A stretch of DNA of 64,000 nt, from contig CM035358.1 of assembly GCA_020137815.1 (NCBI GenBank), positions 2,976,001 to 3,040,000 of the forward strand, in the 5' to 3' direction. A program made the position numbers and the translations under genes. The notes under the pieces were generated by a model. It did not search any database. It was not told the DNA's origin and worked only from the letters and a program-made list of their open reading frames with translations. This DNA comes from Hormiphora californensis. Taxonomy: Eukaryota > Animalia > Ctenophora. Positions 42,885 through 55,682 of the stretch are shown piece by piece (within the stretch, counting starts at the first letter, position 1; the number at the start of each line of letters is the position of its first letter).

Positions 42885-43035
42885 CTCTATTTAGCCCACG
42901 TGACAGCGCTCAACCAATGAGCGGTCCGTATTGACACTTCCACTTTTGCAGGTGCTGCATCCGGAAGTCTCTCTCAGCTACAATGGCTAGGACACTCTTA
43001 ACACCGTGTAGCTCCCACGTGATATGAAGGTGAGT
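42885..43035. promoter_or_regulatory. Probable (bidirectional) promoter region upstream of LITAF and the Ig gene
   Basis: Two CCAAT boxes (AACCAATCAG, AACCAATGAG), CACGTG, ETS-like CCGGAAGT, and a downstream donor AAG|gtgagt at ~43029. Confidence 0.35.
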
Positions 43036-44096
43036 GATCTGTACACAAGTTGGCCGCCGTGAGAGAATATATTATATGATTCAGTATGTAAGTCTTGTGA
43101 TGAAACATTGTTTGATGTTCATTTGTTTGTGTGTCAGTTGAAGGAGTGTTGTAGAGCAAGTATTCAATTGTGGGTTTACAGATCGGGGTGATAATGGGTC
43201 ATCCAAACAGCGTCTAAGGGGGTATAGAGAGAGGGGGAGAGAGAGAGAGGGAGGGAGAGATAGAGGGAGAGATAGAGAGATATAGAGGGAGAGATAGAGA
43301 GAGCGGGGTTTTGCACGGTCCATTTCCGCAACACGTGGCCTCTAGAACCCTTTCTCGCGCGCCAATATTTACTTATCTCTGATTGGCCCGTTACTTTTCT
43401 TTCTGGCTCCCCATTGGCTCTAACTAAACTTACTATACGAAAAAGAAAGGGACCTATCTCTCTCGCTTTTACTTTTTTGCCACCCTCCCTTTGAGCCCCA
43501 TCTCTTTGAGTGTGTACATCGTGTATAGCTGTGTTCTGGTTCTGTGTGATTAGGGCGTGAGAGAATCAATCAAAGTTCAGTTTGACACTTTTCTGTTGTG
43601 ACAATTACCAAGTTTTAGAACTACCAAATTTGACAGTTGACACTTTTCCAACCTTTCTGTTGTTGATCGACACAAATCATCTGCGCTATTCAAGGCTCTG
43701 TTCTCATTATCTGTTTGTTCATTTGGAAGTTTCTCGATTAGAATAATAGCAGCATTTTGTTGATATGTTAAAAGTATTTTCCCGCCCGCTATCCACGTGG
43801 CAAATATTCTCAGCCAATCAGAATTTCAGAATCTCAAACAGCCGTTAATTTCAAGTACTCCCTTCTAGAACAGCCACCCTAGGCCGTGCAGGCATATCAT
43901 ATTAACAGGTTGACAGGGTGTTTAAAACATGGCGTGGTCTCTGCCGTCTGTTTCTTGTTAGGTTGTTCTGTTAGCGCTCCGTTACTTATGATATATATGC
44001 CCTTTCCCATGTTTCAAGCCCGATCAACCCACATTTTAAATGTTAAATTCTTCTCACGCATTTTCCAATATCATCGAAAGCAAAGAATGATCTCTT

Positions 44097-44137
<41 letters not shown>

Positions 44138-45636
44138 AATTTATCAGTCGATACATTCTTCCTGTTTTATTTGGATCATCTACGCCTAACCTGCACAACT
44201 CTACAGCTGCAGTTTGCCACATAACTTCTGCATCATTTCGCCAATTCAGCGATTGTGGTTGAGAATTCAGAATCATCCCCCAAATAGTGGTCCAATAGAT
44301 CTGGAGATGAAAATAGAGAGATGGTGAGAAAAGAGATAGGAGGGAGAGAGAGGGAAGAGAGAGAGAGAGTAACATAGAGAATGGGAGAGTGTGAGAGAGA
44401 GAGTGAGAGATAGACAGAGAGACAGTGAGACAGAGAGAAACAGAGAGAAAAACGTGCCTCAAGCATGAAGCAACTTCTACAGACATACTGACATAACCAC
44501 ACTTCCACTCTCATTTCATCTCTGTCTCTCGAATCTCTCTCCCTTCTCTTTTTCCATCCGTATTTTCCTCCATGGATTATCCTAGTTTCAGCTTAATTAG
44601 TTGCGTACTCTCTTTATCTCATTATCTAATTGGATAAGAATGCAGAGAGAGAGGGAGAATGGGATGGAGAACTATCTCATGATAATAATGGGTCATATTG
44701 TGCTTGGCATTCTTGTTTCTATACTGGTAGAACTGCTTTATTTCTGTTTGAGCTTTAATCTGGGCTTAATCCCTGTTTATTATGAGTTTATTAGCAGGCC
44801 TTAGTTTAATTTGAGAGTTTAGTTAATACTTTTGCTCGAGCATGTTGTTTCTCCCCGACCTTTATTTAAATGAAGCTCTTTCATTTCATTGTTTGTACTT
44901 TCGTCTATTCCATTTTATCTGCGTTTTATTGCATATTGCCTAACATTTCCTACTCTTGATTCTAAATAATATATTCCTTTCTCATTGTCTCTACCTGTAT
45001 CTAATTCTCCCTACTTTCTGCTGAATGTACAAACCCCATCCTCTACTCCATTATCCCCTACTTTTGTGGTTTTGTTAATGGGAGCCCCTTCCTCGCCCTT
45101 CCGTATGTCACCTTTCAACTGACTTAATGAACCATCCCCCTCTATTAGTTGCTGAAATACTCGATTATATATGAATCTCCAGCTTCTTTCTCCACCTCAA
45201 TCCCCAGCTTTTTTCTCGACCTCAATCTCCCTCTTTCTCCACCTCAATCTCCCTCTTTCTCCCTCAATCCCCAGCTTCTTTCTCCACCTCAATCTCCCTC
45301 TTTCTCAATCTGAGCATATTGTTTTTTTTTTCGGCGAATCTGTGCCCTCAAGCTGTGTTTCTAAATAAATCCGAATATTTCACCCCTTTTTATCACAGCT
45401 CTAACTAACTGTACACCGATTGATTCTTAGCCTAACGCACACACAAATAAGCTTTCTCTCTCTTTTTCTCTTCCTGATCACTTCTCTTTCTGTCATCGCT
45501 CACTCTCTCTCTCTCCTGTTTCTGTCTGGATTGGTTTTTACTCACTACTGTAGGAAGCATGTCCAATTAAAATCTCAATCAATCGTTGTGCCTTCAACAT
45601 AGACACGTGACACAGGAGCAACATGTGTTCGCCCCA

Positions 45637-45710
<74 letters not shown>

Positions 45711-46513
45711 CTAATTGAATGGTGATCTCTACCACCAGTTTGCAAAGAGCACAAACTAGTTTGCTATTTTCAGATCCACAGAAAATGACCTGATGAGTAT
45801 TTGTTATCATATAATTTGTTATCGCCAAAAATTGTTCAGTTTAGTATTATCTTGAATTGTTCATACAGCACGGAAATAGTGTCAGGCGACTCAATTATCC
45901 ACCGAATATAGTTTTATCATTATCGTAATCTGTTATCTTTTTAAATTCACTGTCACTGTCACTATTTGGCACTTGACTGTTGAGAATGATGCAATATTCA
46001 TTGATACAAGATTCCCGTTTCTTGTCGTATAAAATTATGTAACATTGCCTCTCTCTCCTCATATTCAGATCTATGATTAAATTGAGTGACACATACTGTT
46101 GGGAAAAGATCACGGAAAGATGAAAATGATAAACTTGTTATTTTTCCTCCCTCTTGTTGTCGACTCATCTTCAGTCAATCAGGTAATTGAACTCAGTTCC
46201 CCCTTTTGTTATGACTTGCGAGCTTATAGGAAATAGACAGAGTATATGAGTTTGACATACATATTCTACCTCGACAGACATGGGCTGTATCAAATACCAT
46301 ATTGTCTGATGTGTGGTATTTGTGATGGTGACACACAGATAATGATCATCCCTTCTATACTTGTTGAGTAAGGGGGAGAGTTTCCACCCCTTACTCAACA
46401 ATTATATACAGCATGTTGTCCCTAAATATCTAACAACAATGCAAGTTGCAACTATTTAACAGCTAATTAACAACTATTTAACAGCTAATTATACTAATTA
46501 TTACCTGTTCCAG

Positions 46514-49500
46514 GTGCCGTGTCTACAGTCATTTACAGATTTCTCCAGTACCTGGGACACTGATTGTTCCCAAGTTCCCTGTAAGATTAATCTGCCATGA
46601 CTGACTGCCAGAGATCTTTCGATGCTACCCTCATCACAGGTACGTGTTCTATCTAACTATCAACCCAGTCATCAGTTGGTTGACAAACCACAATTTGTTA
46701 CAACTTTTTGAATTTGGAAGTTGGAACGTGTTGATTTTAATGTAGGAATGACTAAGTAATGATTTGGTTCTCTAAATGTTCATAGACCCATACCGTGGTA
46801 CATATCTCTACTTACACTACCCATCTAGGTTGGATATTCTATACCTATTCCACCCCAATCTGCATGGCAGCCTTATTTGAGGGGACCATCTTCTCGGAGG
46901 AGAACCAGGGAGGTTCATTCACCATTCGATCAGGTACATGGCAGCTGTTTTTAATTGTGTATTAGGGAGGATGGACCACCCCCTTACTGAATACGGATCA
47001 AGAGGGACGGTCCTCTCAATATCTACCCTCTGAAGGTACAAGGTTCAGAGGGTAGATATATTTCTGGAAAGTATATGTTACCAGGCAACCATCTTGAGTT
47101 CTAGATAGATTACTGTCAATTATACCATGATCAAGGAAGTATATCACCTTTCTGACGGATCCCTGTGTATTTCAGGTGGTGAACTGGCCAGGTTCTACAG
47201 TGCGCCTAGCAAGTCAGTTCACGGTCGGTACAAGTACTCCAAGGCATCCAACACGAGTCAAGAGAGCTGGTTTATTGAGCCTTTTGAACGGTAGGATCTG
47301 GTACTATGTAGTTGATCTGGGATGATTATGATGCAAGATATTATCATATCAATAGTAATTCTCCATGGGAGTTTGATTTAAATGTTAAATCAACCCAAAC
47401 TCCCATTTTAAATGTTAAAACTATTAATGGCGTTCTAAACAGCTCACATGTGTTTCAGGGTAAGGTTTATAAAGGAGCCACAAGACACAATGGTGAAGTT
47501 GGGGGACCAGTTAACCCTGTTTTGTGAGGTTAACACGCGCTCTGAGGCAGATATCACATGGTATAACAATGATAAAGAGGTCTCATGGTCAACCACTGTT
47601 GATTGTAAAGGTATGTGCTACTTCTGAAGCTGACAAAAATGGTGTTACTTTTTATAACATGAACAAGTTGATGCAGCATGGCTTACACATTGGTGTACAA
47701 TCATGGCTTTCAGTAAGAGTTCATTGACACTCACTTTCGAATCCCTCTCATACGCAGCCCCAGCCTCTACCCCCTGATTTATAAGTTCAATTCCTACAGG
47801 TGCGGTGTGCATGGTTCGGTTTACAGACAAGAGTCATGCAGGCAGTTGGCAGTGTAAGGTGCAGACAGAACAGAGTGGCACCCTGATGAGTCGGTATGCT
47901 GATGTAGAGGTGGCCTACTTTAACCGGACATTTGTATACCAGCCCCGTGATGGCAGAAGGTATGATCCAACAACGGACATGATGGGAGGCAACATTAGAC
48001 ATGACATGAGGATTCAGGATATTCAAAAACTGTTTTATATTATACTAAGACCATTTGCCTCTCACAATTATAAGTTTATCAACCACTAGTTAGTCTAACA
48101 CACCCTCCACTGTTTCTAGAGCCTTCACTGAGGAGGGTGGCGAGCTGCGGATGATCAGCTCAGATCTGGAATGGCCCATGGTGCTCCCCTGCTCTGTTGA
48201 TAGTTACCCTCCCGCTCGAATAACTTGGTTCAAGAACAACCTACCGTTCAGTGATAGACACACCTTTCAAGCAAAGGATGGGAGTCTTTACTTTATGTGT
48301 GAGTTAACATAATTCTTATCTTATCTTATCTTATCTTATCTTATCTTATCTTATCTTATCTTATCTTATCTTATCTTATCTTATCTTATCTTATCTTATC
48401 TTATCTTATCTTATCTTATCTTATCTTATCTTATCTTATCTTATCTTATCTTATCTCATATTATCTTATCTTATCTTATCTTATCTTATCTTATCTTATC
48501 TTATCTTATCTTATCTTATCTTATCTTATCTTATCTTATCTTATCTTATATTATCTTATCTTATCTTATCTTATCTTATCTTATCTTATCTTATCTTATC
48601 TTAATTCTTATCTTGACCAAACAATATGCCAAACAAAAGGCCCTTCATTTGTTTGACATTTTCACATATATTCAGTCACTGTAGGTTGTTGTCTGTCCCG
48701 AACATTCAGTCGTGTCACAGTATGGTACAACATGATTTAAAAAAACATTTTTGTCTGTCTGTTGGTCCACATTTCATAGCTTTTACCCTGCTAAACTTAC
48801 TGAGGTGTTTGCATTGAAGTTCATCTGCACTGGTACTCCAAGTTCCATCTTCTTTGCACGAAACTTCAGCATCACCACCAATCAGGACATGCTTCCGGTT
48901 ACAATAGATTGTTATACTGGTTCCTGGGTCGGTGGTATTCCAGGATCCTTGAGTAGATTTAGTTACAGCAAAGGCAGGGCAGGTAGTTGGGGCTAAATAG
49001 GGAGAACGGGTGTGTTAGATGGAATTTCGGTGAAGTTACACATTTATTATGCATAGGACAATGTGTGAGAAAATATTGGACATGCGGACAAACTTTCAAT
49101 CATCCTTTGAATTCGCATAGCAATTAAGAAATAGAATACCTGCTTTGAAGAAGTCAGATGCTGTGTCATCATTGTCAAATCTGATCTGCTCAACAACATC
49201 ACCATCCAGCCTAACACAGCCATCATTTGAACTTTCTGCGAACAGGTAGTTCAGCAACGCCACATTATTACACGTGATGATGATGGCAGTCTTCGTTTTT
49301 GTGATCTTCCAGATTTTTTCCACCTCCACCGCGGGCTGTACTGGCAGGTCTATGGGGCCGTTGGTGCAGTGGTATATCCTATACTGCATTGGGGAGGAGA
49401 ACTTCACCGACACACCACTGATGTAGCTGCTGTCCTTGTCGTACATCTTTACTATGATCTTCTTCACGTTCTTACCACTGCCCAGTGTGCAATTCGTCTT

Positions 49501-52500
49501 TATCTGGAGAGGTGTACCCTCCAGGTCCCAGGGTATAACTACACCCTGCTCTACTGTTGCCCAACCTGAAGGGTAATAAATACCATCAAGAAAGAGGCTA
49601 TAGCCAAAATGTGAAGATTTCACGTATGGATTGCAAAGAATTATATATGCCATGATATTGTGTAACAAGCGATTACAAACCTGTTGATGTGGCTATGCAC
49701 CATAAGGCAGCTGCTGTCAGGACAAACACTGATGTCCAATGCATCGCTTTAATGGCTAACAGATCACATTCTACACAACTTTTAAAAAGATTGGGTTACC
49801 TCATATGATAATACATCTCTCTTTCTCTATCTCTATAGTCATATAGAAAAGCGGTTTTTTTATACAGGGGGCGCGGGGTCGGTGCAACAGCATAAAACTA
49901 TATTGTATGGCTCATAGACGAAATGTGGTCTAATGAAGTCTTTTGAGCCAAAGTTGTAGATAATCTTGTAGGAATTGAATGCCCGGATTACTCGGATAGA
50001 TCAAGCTATTGTAGAAAATTATACGATATAAACATATGAATTCACATCAAGCTTTGGCTATCATTGCCACGACAAACACAGCGTTCAATTGATGTTTAGA
50101 ATCTATCTATCTCTCCATAACCATAACGCATCGCTCAACTTGAGTTAAACCCCTATAATGGTTATCTCCCTTTTTTCTTTATAGTTGTCTCTATATCTCT
50201 CACTCCGTGACCATCCATGTCTGACGTGTCCGCGCTTGAGGAGTGCTCTAGCAATTCTTTGCCTCTGGTTATCTCTCCATTCTTTTCTATGTAACTCACT
50301 CAAGTATATGTGCCAAAGCTAATGGTATTGATATTTTTATATTTTTCTAAAATATGATAAAGCAGATCTCTCTCTCTCTCACTCTCTCTCTCTCACTCTC
50401 TCTCTCTCTCTCCCTCTCTCTATGTGTGTCTTTCTCTATTCTAACTTAATCTTTTTTAATTCTCATTTAAAAAAATTATTACTCTAATCTTAATCACATA
50501 TTATCTAAATTCTTATCTTAATTCTTATCTTAACTCTTATCTTAATTCTTATCTTAATTCTTATCTTAATTCTTATCTTAATTCTTATCTTAATTCTTAT
50601 CTTAATTCTTATCTTAATTCTTATCTTAATTCTTATCTTAATTCTTATCTTAATTCTTATCTTAATTCTTATCTTAATTCTTATCTTAATTCTTATCTTA
50701 ATTCTTATCTTAATTCTTATCTTAATTCTTATCTTAATTCTTATCTTAATTCTTATCTTAATTCTTATCTTAATTCTTATCTTAATTCTTATCTTAATTC
50801 TTATCTTAATTCTTATCTTAATTCTTATCTTAATTCTTATCAGCACTGACTGAGGATGACACTGGAAGTTATCGGTGTGAAGCCTTCAACTCTGTCACAA
50901 ATGAACCAAACAATATGCCAAACAAAAGGCCCTTCTTTTGTTTGACATTTTCACGTATGATATTTATTCACAGTAGACACAAGTTGTTGTCTGTCCCGAA
51001 CATTCAGTCGTGTCACAGTATGGTACAACATGATCTAAAAAAACATTTTCTGTCTGTCGGTCCACATGTCATAGCTTTTTACCCTGTTAAACTTACTGAT
51101 GTGTTTGCATTGAAGGTCATTTACACCGCTACTCCAAGTTCCATCTTCTTTGCACGAAACTTCAACATCACCACCTATCAGGACATGCTTCCGGTTACAA
51201 TAGATAGTTATACTGGTTCCTGGTTCGGTGGTGTTCCAGGATCCTTGAATAGATTCCGTTACAGCAAAGGCAGGGCAGGTAGTTGAGGCTAAATATGGAA
51301 AACGGGGTGTGATAATATTAGCCAGTAAGATGTGGAGTTTTAGTGAAGTTATACATATTTTGTATGCATTGTTATGGACAGGGTATGAGAAAAAGTTGCC
51401 TATGCAGGGAAACTTTCAATCGCCCTTTGAATTCGCATAGCAATTAAGAAATAGAATTGTACCTGCTTTGTAGAAGTCAGATGCTGTGTCACTATAGTCA
51501 AACCTGATATGCTGAACAACATCACCTCCTAGACGTGGAATACATTCACTTCTTAATAAACTATCTGTGAACAGGTAGTTCAGCACCTCAAGATCATTAC
51601 ACGTGATGATGAGGGAAGTCTCTGTTTTGTTGATCTTCCAGACCTTATCCACCTCCACCGGGGGCTGCACTGGCAGGTTTGTCCAGCTGGCGCACCAGCC
51701 TATGAAATACTTCATTGGGGAGGAGAACTTCACAAGCACATTACTGATAATGATATAGCTGCTGTCCATATCATACATCTTTACTATGATCTCCTCACCA
51801 CTGCCTAGTGTGGAATTCGTCTTTATCTGGAGAAGTGTACCCTCCGGATTCCAGGGTATTTCTACACCCCGCTCTACATGTGCCCAACCTAAAGGGTAAT
51901 AGATACCATCAAGAAAGAGGCTATAGCCAGAATGTGAAGATTTCACTTATGGATTGCGAAGAATTATGTATGTTCTGATATTGTGTAACAAGCGATTACA
52001 AACCTGTTGATGTGGCTATGCACCATAAGGCAGCTGCTGTCAGGACAAACACTGATGTCCAATGCATCGCTTCAATGGCTAACAGACATTCAACACAACT
52101 TAAAGAAAACATGATGGTTATGGTTTTTACTTTTTACCTCATGTACAGCGCTCATTCTCTATCTGAGATAAAGTCATATTGTATCAACAGAGTATAAAAC
52201 TATGTTAAATGGCTCATAGAAATGTGATCTAATGAGGTCTTTTGAGAAGCTATTAAATATATAATTATTATGCGATATGAAAATTTTAATTCACATCTAG
52301 CTTTGGCTATCTTGCCACGGCAAACACAGCGGTCACTTGATGCTAAGAATCTATCTCTCTCTCTCCACAACGCATCGCTTAACTTGAGTTAAATCCTTAT
52401 ATTATGTTATATTTTATAATTATTATCTCCCTTTTTTCTTTATAGTTGTCTCTATATCTCTCACTCCGTGACCATCCATGTCTGACGTGTCCGTGCTTGA

Positions 52501-52722
52501 GGAGTGCTCTAGCAATTCTTTGCTTCTAGTTATCTCTCCAATCTATTGTATGTAACTCACTCAAGTATGTGCCAAAGCTAATGGTATTAATATTAATATT
52601 TTTCTAAAATATGATAAAGCAGATCTCTCTCTATCTCTCTCTCTCTCATCTCCTCCGCCTCCGTATCGTCTCCTGCCCTCTCTCCTCTCATCTCTCTCCT
52701 CTCTCTCTCCTCCTCTCCTCTC

Positions 52723-52755
<33 letters not shown>

Positions 52756-55634
52756 ATGTGTGTCTTTCTCTATTCTAACTAAATCGTTTTTAATTATCAT
52801 TTAAAAATTATTAATCTAATCTTAATTACATATTATCTAAATTCTTATCTTAATTCTTATCTTAATTCTTATCTTAATTCTTATTTTAATTCTTATCTTA
52901 ATTCTTATCTTAATTCTTATCTTAATTCTTATCTAAATTCTTATCTTAATTCTTATCTTAATTCTTATCTTAATTCTTATTTTAATTCTTATCTTAATTC
53001 TTATCTTAATTCTTATCTTAATTCTTATCTTAATTCTTATTTTAATTCTTATCTTAATTCTTATCTTAATTCTTATCAGCACTGACTGAGGATGACACTG
53101 GAAGTTATCGGTGTGAAGCCTTCAACTCTGTCACAAATGAAACAATACGAAGCAGTCCAAGGTAAACAGCTCGAGCCTCGAATCCTCTAATTTTCTCCAT
53201 GGTAGAATCACTTGTAATTACTGTAGGCGCCGACCCGATCTGAGTGCACAGTCAAGGATTAAACCGGGGTCGGATGGGGTTTAGTCTCTAACACAGTTTC
53301 TTGTACCAGGTATATTGAAAGGAAAGCAGAGGCAACTAGTACAGGATCTATCCCCTCTGTTATTATATCTAATTCAGCACCAAGAATTACCGCCCAGCCT
53401 GGCGAGACTGTGAGTTTTTAACTATTACTTTCACTATTAACTTTCACTTTCACTAATTTAATTTTCGTCTTTCACTGACAACAACTTTCACTTTCACTAT
53501 GACACCTTTGTCCAAAGGTCACTATAACGTGCGTTGCCCGGGGAACGCCCATTCCTGCAATATCCTGGGCTCTACCAGATAATCTCCAAGGCGACACAGA
53601 AAGGGTGGAACAACCTAATTTTGGACGGAATCTCATAATTAAGAATGTCCAACAAGCCGATACAGGAGAGTACAAGTGAGTAATAACTAATACAGTACTC
53701 GGACCCCGATTTAGTGGCCCCCGATTTAGTGGCACCCCGTTTTAGTGGCAGGATTTTTTCCCCCGATATAGGAAATTCACATTATTTGACCCCGATTTAG
53801 TGGCACCCCGATTTAGTGGCAGGATTTTTTCCCCCCGAGGATGCCACTAAATCGGGGTCCGACTGTAATATATTATATGCTGAAGCTATCCAATATCTCT
53901 ACAACATTGTTCTGTCTGGTTGAGTGAGGTTCTGTTAATAAAACCCCTCATGGAACCGCCAAGGAATCGCACAGTCGTCTCGTTTTGGCCACTAGATACC
54001 ATACTACATGACTTTAATGTCGGTCCGGTTCGGAGAGGGCAGTCTTATGTGAGACAACTGGCTAGATTGGTTTGCTGATCACAAATCTCACTCTTTGTAG
54101 ATGCACAGCTGAAAACAAGTACGACTATGGGTATGGATCCACATTTGCCTGCAAGTTGTTGGTCATGAATGCTCCTGTTTTCTCCATCCTTCCCAATGAT
54201 GCCACCTATAACCAGGGTACGTAGCGGTGTTAGTTAGTTGAGTGGTTCGTGTCCTGGTTAGCAGTTACCATGGTACCAGCCATGATGTATTTGCTACAGA
54301 ATTTCTATTTCTCTATCAAGTTAGCATGTACTCGATTCACCTCATGTTTAGTAACACCACCCCACCTCAGGAGAGCGAGCAGTGTTGAGGTGTGGTTTGA
54401 GGGACAAGATTGGGACCATCAGCTGGCTGCTGAACGGGAAACAAGTGGAGTTGAGGGAGGGGAAACGGGAAATGGGCAACGATAACTTTCTTATCATCAG
54501 GTAGGAGAGCTTTCACTGAATTTGTAACGGTGCTAACATGACCGTTTTTTGTTGCTGAATTTAGTTTCCAGCTCTATAAAACCCCAGCTGTATTATCCCC
54601 CGCAATACACACTTACAACCCCCTCTCCCTCCCACAGAGACATGACAGTAGAAGATGTTGGCATGTATCAGTGTATTGGGAGTGCACTTGGAAGTGGTAA
54701 CCAGTTCGTGGTGCAGAGCAGTGCTTATCTGAGTGTCCGGTCCGGAGCCAAGATCATTGTTGATAAGAAAAATATGTTGAGGAACGCTGGTGAACGGATT
54801 AGAGTGAGGTATGTATACATTGTACAAGTGAAGCAGGTGTCGATATCGGGTCTCGGGATACAGGAGTATGTCAGTGCTGGATGTCAGCATTTGTAAAACT
54901 CACTCCGACCCCCCTCCGACCCAAGTTGACCGATCTGATTTGGTTTAGTTCCTGTATAAATCACGTTAAATTCGGTGATCATAGTATAATTCTGACATTC
55001 CCTCAACTTCCCGCCTTTTTTAGGTGTACCGCCACGGGCTACCCATATCCCTACGTGACCTGGTATAAAGACGACATTCCACTTGTATTCAACCAATCAG
55101 TTCGGATGGTAAGTATAGTAACCCCGTAACGCTACGGTACAAATCCTTTAGAGTTCAGCTTTTACAACTCCAATTTTCTCCAGGTGAGTGTCCAGGACTT
55201 TGTGATTGATGAAGCGGGAGGTATGGACATTGGAAAGTACAAGTGTGTAGCCCGGAACTCCCTTGGAACGGACACACTGACCCGGAACCTGGGCATTATT
55301 GTTAAAGCTAGTGTAAGTGTTGGGAGGACAAAGGCACCTCTCGCTCTCACCCAATAGGGGGGGGGGGCTGTTACCATGGTTACTTGGCACAGTTACGTCA
55401 TGTAAAGTGTAAAAAACTCTGAGTTGGAGAATTAGCCGCCCGCCCTTTATAATTTGCTCTCCATGCACACACCAACTAGCCAATGAGAGAAGAGAATGGG
55501 AAATGTATTAGCCAATAAGAGGAGAGAATGGGAGATTTAGCAACGAACTTCCGGGGCTACACTCACGCCTTTAGTTAAAGGACTACAAGCCCTTTATATC
55601 TAGCTAAAAGTTTATCTCTCTCTCCCTTTCTTTT

Positions 55635-55682
<48 letters not shown>

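Noticed and set aside
44652-44726. Hydrophobic MENYLMIIMGHIVLGILVSIL as signal-peptide exon of the Ig gene
   Set aside because: Phase would fit, but the donor (gtagaa) is weak and unsupported, so it is not included in the gene model.
50505-50846. 113-aa (IKIR)n ORF
   Set aside because: Translation of a 12-bp minisatellite; no coding evidence.
48315-53076. CRISPR-like or telomeric interpretation of the repeat arrays
   Set aside because: No unique spacers, eukaryotic intronic context, and the units are not TTAGGG-like.
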